NCBI GenBank assembly: GCA_030141605.1
Contig: JAQGDQ010000016.1
Coordinates: 1,332,388-1,396,387, forward strand
Origin: Tubiluchus corallicola
Lineage: Eukaryota > Animalia > Priapulida
Direction of reading: 5' to 3'
DNA: 64,000 nucleotides
This document shows positions 1 through 27,330 of the stretch, in pieces (position 1 is the stretch's first letter; each line of letters begins with the position of its first letter). The notes below the pieces were generated by a model. The model ran no database searches. It saw only the letters and a list, made by a program, of their open reading frames with translations, and had not been told where the DNA came from. The position numbers and the translations under genes were made by a program.

Positions 1-604
1 TGCGTGCATGCAATATTGTGACAAATTTCCCCATAGGCCAGATACACACAAGAAAATTTTGTAATACGTTTTTATAGGTTCTCTGGAATGAGCCTATATT
101 GTAAGTGTAATGTTGCAGACATATTGCACTATTCTGTAAAAATATTTGCTCGTTATTTGTGCGCGATGCATAAACACTTATCATTTATTTAATCAAAATT
201 GATGATTAAAGCTATAACTGCTGATCTTTTATTACTTGCTGTTTGTGGCATTACAATGGATAAACGTAGTTGTGAGGTGTTTTTACAAAAAAACCTTTGC
301 AACCTTTCCTTAGAAAAATAAACCTCACTTAGCACACCCTCCTCTTAATTTTACATCTTTTTGAATGGCGTACCTAGCAACCGCCTGCTGATTTCTCTGC
401 TCTGATTACCTGGGTGGAAGTGCATTAACTCACCTGTAACTTACACCTGTATTGCCCTGGATATTGATGTTGGGGAATTCCGCGGCAACACATTCTCTTT
501 AGCCGTGTAAATCTTATGTGATCAAAAAACCATTCCGTGTATTTGTAGTAGGGTTGTAAACTTGCTGTAAACTACAATCCAGTCTATCCACTCCTAATAA
601 ATAG

Positions 605-1110
<506 letters not shown>

Positions 1111-3050
1111 TCTGTGTCTGTGTCTAACCGCATATCTGTCGCTCTTTCTGTCTCCTGTTTAATTTTCTATCTCATTTCAAATCTACGTATTTCAGATTAT
1201 CAGAAGTTATTTTGCGTTTCGCTTTTCAATGCGGTATGCACGTCGAATTATTTTCTTGCTGTCTTTCAAGCTTTTAATTTTCCTATTTTTAAAGGCTATT
1301 TTGCTTGAAAAAATGCACAGGATCTAAGCTTTAGTTGTTAAGCTTTGGTAAGACAAATTGTCGTACTTCTGTAAATTAGTTGAAGTACATTAGGCCTAGT
1401 GTGCTTTGGGAATTCGAGTATGCAGAATGTTGTAAGACCTGTGTAGAAGGATGAATGATTCATAATTGCATATGGGAAATTGGGACCACAAAGCATTAAG
1501 AACTGTTGTCGTAGAAGCTGACGAACCGTTGCCCTTGAAGGGCCTTTCTGTTTCTGAATTCCCCATGCAGTGAAGTTCCAAGGTCCTGTGGCTTCCAACA
1601 CTACTACACAGCATTCGTTTGCTGAACAGATTAAACCATGTTATGTTAGGTAGTTTGCTTCAATAAGCTGCTTTAGTGTCCAACTGGATTGGCTCAACTA
1701 ACTGAGCTAAGCCATGTACAAGTATGTACATTTGCTGGAAACTTAATACTTTTGAAATAGAGGTTTCTACATGTTTACCTTGGCGTAGTCTGTCATTGAC
1801 TTTACTTATTAGGCATAAATGGCATCCGCTGCAGTAGCATGCCTCTGAAATAACTTCATTAAATAATCGCTGTTATGGTTTATATTTCTCATCATGTAGT
1901 TTCCAACCTAGAGCGCATGATTGTTTTAAGTTAGGTTTTTACAGGTAGCCTTAATTAAATTCAGAGCAAGAGATAGTAAGATTGTAGCGTTAACTTCTTT
2001 AATCTTGCAAAAGTGCACGAGCACACCATTGGTTAGCAATTAAAATAAGTACTGCAGATAGTTCAGTAAGACTTAATCTTTAACTAAATTTTATACTCTC
2101 ACCGCCAGTTCCTGAAATAGTAGATGATTGTTGTAAACTGAAAACCCTTGTTTCAGTTGCTTTGTTTAAACGAATGCTTGTCTAATTTCTCGAAAAATAG
2201 GGAGTCTGGGCCCTCCATCTTATTTTGCACTGTGAAATCTAACTACTGTGTATACACGTATTAACTCTCCAGGTATAAAATATTTGCACTTGTGTATTTT
2301 GGAGTTACATGTAAGGCGCGATGTTCTCAACAACGACCGAACTATTTACGCGTCAAACGAACGGTGATTTTTCCCTTTTTTCCGCAAAAGTCATAGAACG
2401 GAAATGTAAAGAACCGGACTGTTAGAGTTCTAGACATTACTGTAAAGAAAATTCAACGTAGGTGTTAACAGACAGAATTTTGTTTCCTGGGTGGCTACAC
2501 TTTCTCGCAGTGGGTATTTTCCCGGATAGAATCCAAGCAAATTTTGTAAAAATGTTGCAAACAATTTCCTGAAAAAATCGATTTGTGCAACTACGAGGTC
2601 GCCCCGAAAAAATAAACACATTATTAGAAAGAGAAAGACCGATTGCAGTGTTTGAGTGTTTCGTGTAAGATAATGTTCACTGAACGAAAGGGAAGGGTGT
2701 ACATATTTTGAAATTCTTTTAACATGTGAGTATATTTTGTTGGGCGGCTTTCGCGAAGTCATAGAATTTAACAAAGTTGAGAATGAGAGACACCTGGTTT
2801 AGCGTTTTTATGAAACTCGTGTTTATTGCACGGCGCCAACTAAAGTCGCAATTGGACTAGAAAGAAATTTGTAGCAATGCATTGACGATTGATCTTTCTC
2901 TTCCTTTTATATTAGTGAAAAAAAAGTCAAATGTGTGTCAGGCTGTCGTTAGACGTTGTCCAAGCGTTGTCAGCCTAGGTGTTAAACTTTTTTGTTTGAT
3001 TAACACGTGAGATTGAGGGGGTCTTGAAAGTAATAATCTTAATTATTACC

Positions 3051-3185
3051 GGGTGGCGTAGTTCAGTGGTATCGTGCTCACTTCTCACTCGCGAGGTCGC
3101 GGGTTCAACTTCCGATCGAGTCATACCAAAGACTTAGAATATGGTATCGCTGGTTCTTCAGCCAAGCACACGGGTTTATCGAAAT
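3051..3185 (+). mobile_element. tRNA-derived SINE (head plus central domain resembling Meta-SINEs)
   Basis: A-box-like TAGTTCAGTGG and B-box-like GGTTCAACTTC, followed by GTCATACCAAAGACTT..ATGGTA..GCCAAGCAC, which I recall as similar to the Meta-SINE central domain. No intact cloverleaf; 3' boundary approximate. Confidence 0.7.
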
Positions 3186-5743
3186 TACGTGCGGTTATTA
3201 TTGATTGGGACCACCTTGGAAATAAGTATTATTTAAGTGTTACCTAAGGTGTTTTCTCTGGATTATATCATATAAAGTTATCCTACAAGTGTAATCCATG
3301 TCTGTGCAGCATTTGTGTACACTCCATCTCGTCCAAACTTGGCTGACTATTAGCTTTGCCAAACTTACCCAGGGAAAACAGAAAGACCACAAAACAGAAA
3401 AGGCAAACTACTTTCTGCTAGAGTAGACCATTGTTTACTCTGGAAGGAGAATTTTTTGGCTTCACATTCAGTTTGCTTTGCCTACTTTTCCCTCACTTCA
3501 TTGTTTCTTCAGTTTTTTATTCATGCGTACTTTGTGAGTCTAGTAATAAGCAAAATTGTTGCCCTCACGCAGATCTAGGTCAGTCAACGTTAGCGATATT
3601 GGCATCCTTGATGGATATCGCTGCCCGGGAATAATGCTGATCGATATGTCGACCAATCGCAGGCGCTGATGGCCAGGAAAAATGGAGCAGCTAATCCTTT
3701 CGGATTAATTGCGGATTATGAGTAGATATTTTAGCGGCTGTTTGTGATTAGATCCCATTGGGCTGTTAATGTCTGTTGGATTAATTAGCGACACGTGCTT
3801 TTCTCAGTAATGAAAATGTGATCATTATTCGATTGCCTATATTTAGCACAATACACACAGTAAGCTCATTATTATTTCAAAGCCCAGCCTTGTCTAATTC
3901 ACAGTGACGTCATAGCTGCTAATGTAAGTAATACATAGAACCCTCAGCACTGAGATGCTGATTTGCCAGTCTCCATAGCATGCGAGACAAAGCTGATAAC
4001 AGTAACCAAAAAAACGAGGTCTGATCTGTACCTGTGCTGGGTTGTTAAAACTTAATGCCGTGGCTTCTTGTTTGGTTCGTAGCACAAGTTTTTTACAAGA
4101 TAGTACGAGATAGTTATCTGCGTTATCTTACAGGCTTTGTTTATAGCAAAATGTTTGAACTGTGAATTTACCAAAATGTAATTTTTAAACTGTGTCTGAA
4201 TTCCTGGCCAAACAAAAGTTGCAGTTTGGAATAAATCTAAGTTGTTATTTGAATTGAAAATGGTTTCCTAAAACTTTGAAGAAAATCCACGTTCGAGGAC
4301 GTCAACGTTAAAATAATATTGAAATAAAGGCGTTAAGGAAAATTAAACAAGTTCCAAGTCTCTGGTTTTGTTTTGTTGATGTATTTAGTTTTCACAAATT
4401 AAGATGCTGACCAATTTTTATTGGTATTTCAACAAATTGCTGCGGCGTTAAGTGCAGTGCTGCCAGCATTGTTGTCAATTTATTTATTATGTGCACAAAA
4501 TAAACAAAAATTTAGTTAATTTTGGTACAGTCTTGCCACTCCATTCTGTTTTAATTGTGCAAAAAACGTGTTTGGGATAATACAACGTCTTCAGAAAAAT
4601 TATAATGTAATTAGCCTTTGACAAGTGCTAGTGTTTTTGCCAAATAAAGCAAGATTACTTTTTTATATACATGTACATTTACTATAAATGTAAAGTGTAA
4701 AGGCAGTATTGAAATACACACAGATATAAGACAGCTGCAACACATAAAGAATTTGCAGTTAAGTTTCAAAAACTCGTTTATATAAAAATTTAAAAATCAT
4801 TTGAATTAACCTATATGTAGTTATGTTATGTAGGCACGTTAACTACAGTGTTTTCAATATTCCTGTTGATCTTATGGGCTTTTTCAACTATTTATAGTGT
4901 ATTCTATTGACACCTGTGGCCTATCCATTAATATCTAATGCTGACTCAGGCAATTCCCCTAGTGGCTTGGAAATCAATACAGTTAAGCTAATACCTTGTT
5001 GGATAATTAAGTTAATCATAGTTATGCAATTGGCATATAATGCGTTGCTGCTAGATCTTGGAATAATAGCGGAGAGAAGGCAGATACCCTGGTGCTAAAG
5101 AAAGCATACATTAAAAATGTTTCCAAAGTATTTATTATGTAATCATTGCCACCATCATTTTCATTTTGTTATTATCATTATTGTAAACATTGAACTGTAT
5201 CACTATTATTGTTATTATTTTTATAAGCTAGGCATATAACTAAATAATCGCTATGATGTGTATCCACCAAGAAACCAGTCCTGATACCAGCCCCTGTTCT
5301 GATTAGACATCTCACCTTGGAGTATCTTTGCTATTAAGCTGGAGGATTATTTTTTGTATTAAACTAAATTTTAGTCCTGCCGCAATTGTCAGGTGTTGAA
5401 TTTTAAACCTCAGCTTGCAGAGGGCTAAACTATTTAAAATTGTTGTTTCTTGAACGTTTGACTGATTTCAAAAGGATTATTTTCTCTGCCAATGATTGTC
5501 TTCAAAAAGTGTGTAGGCTTTCTAATGTATATAATTTTTATTTTACTGTAAAAATACAGAAAATACATATCAGTTCTGGTCAAGTATGTGTATATGTATA
5601 TGTTAGTCCAGTAAATACAAAAGTGGCCACCTTTGGATGTCCATGACTTGCAGTTCCATAAATGTACCCTGCCATTTGGATACTATGTATTCAGAGCAGA
5701 TGCTTTAGTTAGCTATTTACACATTTTCATTTCTGTATTGCAG

Positions 5744-19569
<13,826 letters not shown>

Positions 19570-19724
19570 TATCAGGTACATTGTTTTTTGTTTTGTTTTT
19601 GTCGTAATTTTTTTCTCCAGGGTGGCAAAGAAGTTACTTAAGTTGAATTGAGTTCTTTGAATTTAAGAAATGAGTGTTTAGTCCAATACGTACAATGACA
19701 CATAAATCTTATAAAGTACTATAC

Positions 19725-19789
19725 TTTCTCCTCTTTCCCTCCCTCCCTCTCTCCCTTTTCTCCCTCTCTCTTCCTCTCTCCCTCTCTTC

Positions 19790-19820
<31 letters not shown>

Positions 19821-19830
19821 ACTCACTCTC
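19725..19830. repeat. CT-rich simple repeat
   Basis: Visible (CT)n/(CTCA)n run downstream of the calcineurin stop codon. Confidence 0.9.
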
Positions 19831-22800
19831 TGTGATTTACTGTTTCTGATCTGCTAGTTTATAAATTCAAAATGCATTTTACAATTAATATCTGTTTTAT
19901 TTTTATTTGTTGCAGAAACTTTCATTTCTGAGTTCCGTTTCACGTCATTCTGGTCACACTTAACAACACATGCACATTCACAATATTAATGAAATAAACA
20001 AAACAGATGTGGCATTCACTCGTGAAACATTACCAAGTATGGTCGAGCAGTGATGAAGCTACATCTGCCATCACGTACTGTGTTACTATGATCTGTTTTT
20101 TGTCTCAGAAAAGCTATTGTTTTGCTACGTTATTACGTTATTAGTCAGTTGTTGTTTTTGAGTTTTCACTATTTGTACAGTGTTCACAACACTATAGTTT
20201 TAACTTGTTGAATTTATTCATGTCCGTCATGCTGAATGCACAAGGCTTTTGATTCACATCATCAAACTAAAGCATTTTATGTATAACTTGTTAACATCTA
20301 GTAATTTTTAGTTTATTTATTTATATTTGCGTGCAGCTACCTCATTATTTCGCACTTGTTTTGTAACACAGTTTGTGAGTGGCTGGTATTGGGTGGCCCA
20401 CTGGCCAATGGCCAGTCAGAAGTGCCTTTTCAGAATGTAGGCTGAATCAGCATTTCTGATTAATAGTTGTTAATAGCAACTGTCTTTAGTCAGTTAATTT
20501 TGACAGACATTACAAGAGTAGGTCACTTGTAAAATATTAGACAATTGAGCTGTGACATTGAATGTGATTGGTTGATTTTGTGATCTGGAAACTGTATGAT
20601 CAGCCACTGAACTTCATTTGCTATTTCATCATTAGTTATTATTATAAGTATTCTTATTGTAATTTTTCACCTATTCGCATGTGTCACCTTCCCCGTTCCC
20701 TTCAAAATGAGCTACTTCATTTCTTTCGACTGGCCAAGATGGAGCGTCTCATTTTGTCGAAGGGGTGTGACTGTTTTTTTATCATCACTTGGGTATTTAA
20801 CTTACTTATTAACTTATTCATGGAAAACTAAAACAGTATACAAGGAATATTTCCATGATATTGTTAATATTTCTTGCAAATGCATGCATGTTAATAAAGC
20901 CTTTCAGTTTATTAAAGGATTCTTTGTGATACTGGTGTAAAATGTCAGTTGTCACGGACTTGAGTGAACAATATATATATGTCTGCGAAGGTGGGTAGCA
21001 AGTTATTTCGTAAGTTGCTTGAATATGGTGTTAAAGAACATTTCTATGAAAGTACGAATTACCATTACCATTGTAAATTTTCTAATTATATTTATGAATA
21101 TAATATATAATGTATAATTAATATATTAAAACTTCCACAATGCAAGGCGAAACTGTGCACAATATGCGTGCCAGGCTTTCTCGTTGCTACTAGCAATGTA
21201 TGTGTGCCTCGTGTGGAAATCTTTTTATCATTTTTGGAATAATATATTATTGGTATTGAGAGGCCAGAGATCTATAAACTGAACTTGTTTAATATATAAA
21301 TATAAATGGATTGTTCTCTTGTTTGCATTTCTATTTATTTCTCAAATTTTTGATGAACTTGTTTTCGATTCTGATTTTCGTTATAAATTTTATAAATATT
21401 CTGGTCGTGTATGATGTCTTCTGTAAGAGAAGGTCTTGCAGGCTTGTTGCAGGAATTTAGCGAGTACACTCGAACGTTGCACTCACACACTACACTCACA
21501 GTGCCGTTACCGTTTAGGTTTCTGTCTTCCATTGTGAGTATAGTGAAGTAACTAAGGCAACAGAATTTGTTTATTACATAATTTTTAACCTATGCATTTT
21601 TTGGTGTGACGTGTATATGTGAATTAAATGTTCAGCATTTGAATTTTATACATGTTTTCCATCTGCTTTCAAGCTATTGTGTCATTGATATTGCAGCTTG
21701 TTATTTGGAATTTGATATTTAAATACTAGTATTTAGTAGTAGTGTCATACATAGTGTTTTTCTTGCTAACTTCTTAAGTGCACAATATATTGCCAGACTT
21801 CATCTTTAAATCGCAGATGAAAGCAGTAATTTCATGCCTGTGTATATACTTTGAATATTTTGATAAAAAGAAACAATTGGTGTACTAGCTTATTTTTAGC
21901 CAAACTTGTTCCGTTTATTCACACATTGTAAAATTTGTTGATTTATCATTACTTGCCTTTAATCTGCATTTCGTTGTGGTTACCTGTTTACTTTTATACT
22001 AAAGTTCGTTGTTACATATAAAGTTCCCACATGTAAGTGGGAATTGTACAGTTTATTAATTTACACATCAATTAGTGAAGCTGTCAAACTTGCCCAGTCA
22101 AAATTAATCTTTACTATCAAATTTTGTATATAGTTGGTTCATGTCTGAGTTTGGTTAGTATCCCATTTGTGTGATTTTTTTTCGTTTTACGTAAACTTTA
22201 CATTTCAAAAGACGTCATGTGTTCTGGCTATCCGCAGTGTAATAAATACAAGATTTTTTGCTTATTTTTTGCAATTTGAATGTTGATAGAACTAAAGTAC
22301 TCTTCAAAATTCGTAGATGCTATTCTTGTGTGAATTTTACCGCAGTTATTATAAGTGCTTCATAGTGTTTATCTTTCCATTTTGACACTTTCTTATACTG
22401 TTCTTTTAATTAAATAAGTAATGTGGTTAATTAATCGCAAAAATCTCTCATTATCAAAAGCCTGATAACCTCAGCTGCCTAGATTTGAGATAGTTTATTC
22501 CAGATAGTTTAATCCTATATTCCAAAACAATATAAGATTAGTTTTTATTTGGCAAATCTGGAGTAAAGAGTAGTAGCTAAAGTTACTTAAGTAATATCTG
22601 TTCCATGTTTAGTTTTATGAAGCTCTTCCAGATTACTTTGCAATCATTTTTGCATGTCAGCTTGACTAGGTGCCTGTACAACTATGATTTGCTGAATATC
22701 AATGGGTGTTGAGCCATATGCTGAATTAGTCTGTGAAATTGTAGAGTTAATATAAAAAAGCTGAAGTACACATGGTTGTCTTTTTAAAATGTTAAGATTT

Positions 22801-24253
22801 TTCTCCTACTTAACTTAAAATCTCTTCTTTGTCTAAATCTAAAACACACAACTTTAAAATGATGTCAGTAAATTGTAATTTTATGTGTTTGCTGTGTTGA
22901 TACTGATAATAACAATTACACTGTATAAAACGTTTAGTGCATGCTGTTGTTTTATTCTTGTTTATTTAAACTTTAACTATATTTCTGTGTTACAATAAAT
23001 GAACTCAAAACAGAAAATGCAATGCCTTATATGTTTAAAATTCCTGGCAAGAGCAAGGGGGTATTTTACAGTACAATTCTAATGTTGTATATGATAGATA
23101 TCATGAAGCAACATATTTTTATCATAATAGCTTATTGCCACACACACTAACATTTCTGGAAGTCAGTGATCAAAAGTTATATTACTGCATACCTAATTGC
23201 TCAGTTTAACAATATTAAATTATAAATCTACTCGTATTTTGCTTAATAAAAACTTTAATTTGCAAACAATATGCAGCCAATAATATGCTAGAATCTGTTT
23301 TGTTTCTCGTGTCAAGTCAAACTCATGTACACAACCTTTTAAGATCACTCTCCACAGTAAGAACAGTGACACATGGGGACCTCGTGTTAAAATTAATGCT
23401 TTAGTATTTACAGTGAATTGCAGCTTTGTATTATGTATAACAAATAGATATCAGTTGTCAGAGTTTCACAATGTAGTGAAATGAAAAAGTGAACTCATAC
23501 AGTATCATGCTGAGTGCATTTGATGCTGCTCATTGTCTAATAATCAAAATACGAGAAAAAATTCACTAATAATTCTTGTTGCTGGTGTTGATCAAATGCA
23601 CTAATCTTGTAATCTGATGTGACTTATCAAATGCACTTTCATTGTTTCTTTCATACACGTTCCTTAATCATTGCCTTCTTTTTGGTTGTTAAATGTACGG
23701 TGTCATTTTGAGTAATTTATCTTACTTAGCTGTCCACATTGTTTTTCATTTGACAGGTAGTTTTGATTTTTGTTAAGCGGCCATGCAATTTGTTTTTTTT
23801 ACAGAAAAAGTGGCAATTTGTTAACATTCTACTTTATTTACTCTCATTTTATGTGTCTGTTTATGTGCGTAATGTATAGGTATTGTAAATTTTTTTCGTA
23901 TTATGCTACTCTAATTTTTTTTCATTAAATTTCTATTTATGTGCAAGTTGCTGCAAATCTTTTAGGTGCTAATCGATGAAATAAAAGAAATGTTCACCTT
24001 CCATGCAAATAATTATATGTAAGTCTTAGTAAAATTAATAGTTGATCACTACAGCAATTTACCGTTAAAAATAATTAACAATGTTAATACTCAATTAAAA
24101 ATTATTCGCAAATGAGCATAACCATTAACCAAGCCTAGCCCTAAGTGTCCAACGTGAGACTCGTCGTAAATATTCCGTCAATGTGTTACCAAGTGATTGG
24201 CTTTCCTGTTGAAGATATCCCGTAATGCTTATTGGGGAATCGCGACGTGACGT

Positions 24254-26347
24254 GCAGAAATTGCTGAAATTCTAAACAATATTTTAAAAACAGGCACATT
24301 TCCGCAGGATATTCATAAAGGAATACTTATCCCTTTACCCAAGCCAGGTAAGAAACGAGGTCCTATATAAAATCTTAGACCATTGATGTTGCTTACACTA
24401 CTATACTAAGGAAGATCTGTACCGTTACCGTCGAAGGATAGAGGTTAAGCATACATAGCTTATAAACCTCTCCACTCTTCCTTGTTTACTTTGTCAATAT
24501 TAAGAATACATAATGGGTGGCGACACTACGATCACGAAGCGAAGCATAGGGTTTCTTGTTGCCATTGTGGCAACCTGGGGTCTATATATTTTTCAGCATT
24601 GTTTTTCCAAAATCTATGGAGACGAGACTTAAACTGGGCAGGATTGGGTGCTTGTATTACATGGTCAGGCAGCTTGTTCCACTCATTAATTACTCGCCTT
24701 GCGAATGTGAATCTTCTTCTGTTCCACCTTTTGGGAACTGTTCTCTTCTTGATTTTGTAGGAGTGACCTCTGGTACCATGATATGTCTGTCGGTGAAAAA
24801 ATATTTCACTGTTGATGGTTTCTATGCCTTTAAGAATACGGAATGTTTGGATTAAATCTTGTCTTTTGCGTCTGTATTTCAGAGTTGTAAGGCCGAGAAT
24901 CTTAAGTCTTGCAACATACGGTAAATGAGAAATGGCAGGTACAAGTCTAGTAGCTCGACGTTGTATACTTTCAATTTTTCTTATCATGTCTTGACGATTT
25001 GGGCTCCAAATCACATCACCATAATCCAGAATAGGACGAACGATTGATTTATATAGTTTGGTCGCCACTGTATGTTGACTAGGATCTATGACAGGTTACA
25101 CACTTACATTCCAACAAGCCAAGCAGCATATCAACCAGGACGGAATACTACTGAATTAGTACAAGCCTGTAAATTACTAGCCGGAAAAGCCATCTCTTCT
25201 GCTGATTACTCAATACATATTCATGATCGATATGTCAAAGGCCTTTGATTGTGTGCGGAGAAAAACTCTGCTATGCTGCCTGGAAGAAATCCTTGAACCT
25301 GATGAAATATACATCATAAGTATAATGTTAGAAAATTTATTAATTCAAGTCAGGTGTGAAGGGAAATTGAGTCAGCCGTTTTCTACAGACAAAGGAGTAC
25401 CTCAGGGTGACTGCCTAAGCCCTGTACTTTTCACTTTATATCTTGCCATAGCTCTCACTGAGGACAAAGTTATACCATTGAAAGACCTAGAAGATCACAA
25501 CTACACAATTCTTGATCCTGAATTAATACCGAATGAAGTAAGACAAGAATGCAGTTACAGTTCTCTACAAAGTAAGTCAACTACTATATCTATGCAGTAT
25601 GCTGATGATGTGGCATGGATTACAAGAAACAAAGAAGACGTAGATGAAATAAAAAACTCAATAGAGGAGAAACTGAACAGAATGGATCTCATTGTAAACA
25701 AAAATAAAACTGAAGAGTTTCACATAACACGCCATGGTGATGAATCATGGCAAAGATGCAAGTATCTCGGTAGTCTGCTGACAACAGAAGACGACATATC
25801 AAGACGGAAGATAATGGCATTATCAGTTTACTCAAAACTTAAAAAAATTTCTTTGGAAACAAAAATTAGAATATTCTCAGCCTTAGTTGAAACTGTATTT
25901 CTATATAACTCTGAGCTCTGGACATTAAAAGCAAATCATAAAGCTGAAATCGATGCGTTTCAAAGGCGAAATTACAAAAACATGTTGGGTATTAGATGGC
26001 CAAAGAAAATTTCAAACAAAGATCTATATGAAACAATAAAAGAAGAACCTTGGACAAGAAAAATAAAAAGACGCCGTTTAAGATGGATTGGGCATATGCT
26101 TAGACTACCTGATGATACTCCAGTGAAGATAGCTCTTCAACAAGCCATAGAACCAGCTAAAAAACCTGCAGGAGGACAAATGTTAACATATTTAGATTTT
26201 GCACAAAAAGATTTAAACACTTTAGCATTGATCCTTAGAAATAAATCTACTTGGGGCATTGCGGCGAGCAGGGAGTCCTGGCATAGGGAGGTGAACAGAA
26301 TCATGTCACTGGATGTGTGATTCATTGGATCATGATGATGATGATGA
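24254..26347 (+). mobile_element. 5'-truncated RTE-like non-LTR retrotransposon (reverse transcriptase pseudogene), interrupted by a CR1-like insertion
   Basis: EIAEILNNILKTGTFP...LIPLPKPGKKRGPI*NLRPL (24257-24390), then QAAYQPGRNTTE, then ORF 25223-26320 with DMSKAFD, GVPQGDCLSP, YADD, KYLGS and RRRLRWIGH; (GAT)n tail at 26330-26347; contains a stop and a frameshift. Confidence 0.9.
24422..25067 (-). mobile_element. 3' fragment of a CR1/L2-group LINE inserted antisense into the RTE-like element
   Basis: ORF 24532..25068(-) LYKSIVRPILDYGDVIWSP...IESIQRRATRLVP...RVINEWNKLP is a typical CR1-group RT C-terminus; (GGTAAC)-type tail; CTGTA on both sides (24417-24421, 25068-25072). Confidence 0.9.
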
Positions 26348-27330
26348 CATAGAGGAATTACAAGATGCAGAATGTACGATCAGCTGCCGTTTAGAAAAAT
26401 ATAATCTTAAAGTCAGCAATAGAAAGACTGAAGAATACCATATTCGAAGAGGAGGTAATTATTCATGGAAATGATGTAAATACTTTGGTGGCTTGTTAGA
26501 CACCGAAGCTGACATACAAAGAAGGAAATTTCTTACATTGTCTGATTATACAGATGTCAACGGTTTTTGAAAACAATAGACTGTCTCTTGAAACCAAAGC
26601 CCAGATCCTTTCATCTTAGTTGAATCTGTGTTTTTGTACAGTGTTGACCTATGGGCAATAAAATTTAAGTAACAGAAGGAAATTGGCACTTTTCAAAGAC
26701 ATCTCTATAGAAATTACTCGCAATTAAATGGCCTGACTGAATATCTGCTTTACAGTCTTTTTTACAATGACATCAGGACCTAGAGTTCAACTCGTTAAGG
26801 TCCCTTCTCATATTCATTTTAAATTTATCGATAGCGTTTGATGATCAGTATAATGTGGTGAAGAAGAATCCTTGGAGTAAACAAATACAAGTAAGAAGAT
26901 TGCTTTGGTTTGGTGGCAGCAGTGCATAATGCGTGGCATCAACAAGTGAGATGGGCCGTGTTATTTTTAGAACATAGCAGCACAGAAACGACGACGAACA
27001 TATTTTAATATTCCTTGGTTCAAACGACTTTAGTCCAAAAGTCGAGCTCCGAACATCAAGATGGCTAGCATATGTTCTCTAATTACCAAGTAAAGCATAA
27101 GTAAGAATTGCCTTAAAGGAATCCTTAAAGAACCTTGCAAAAAACCATATGTCAAATGAAAAACAACGTGGACAGCTAAGTAAGATAAATAAAGATGTTC
27201 AATAACTTTAACCCATTTATCTTTAGGAGTAGAAGAACTTACCGCACTAGCTGCAGATAGGAGTAGATGGAATGCTCTAATGAATGGTAATGCCTCAATG
27301 TCTACAACAGATGGAAGAGACTTTGAAGAC
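26348..27330 (+). mobile_element. Older, degraded RTE-like LINE remnant
   Basis: Translates to RLEKYNLKVSNRKTEEYHIRRGGNYSWK*CKYFGGLLDTEADIQRRK, homologous to the neighbouring RT; many stops and indels. Equivalent pieces at ~43500-43605 and ~44660-45100, and again in unit 3. Confidence 0.75.

Noticed and set aside
2311-2880. CpG-richer block with ORF 2430..2774(-), possibly a transposon fragment
   Set aside because: No convincing termini, TSD or protein motif found by eye.
3051-3125. tRNA gene
   Set aside because: A and B boxes are present but the acceptor stem does not pair, and it continues into a SINE-like body.
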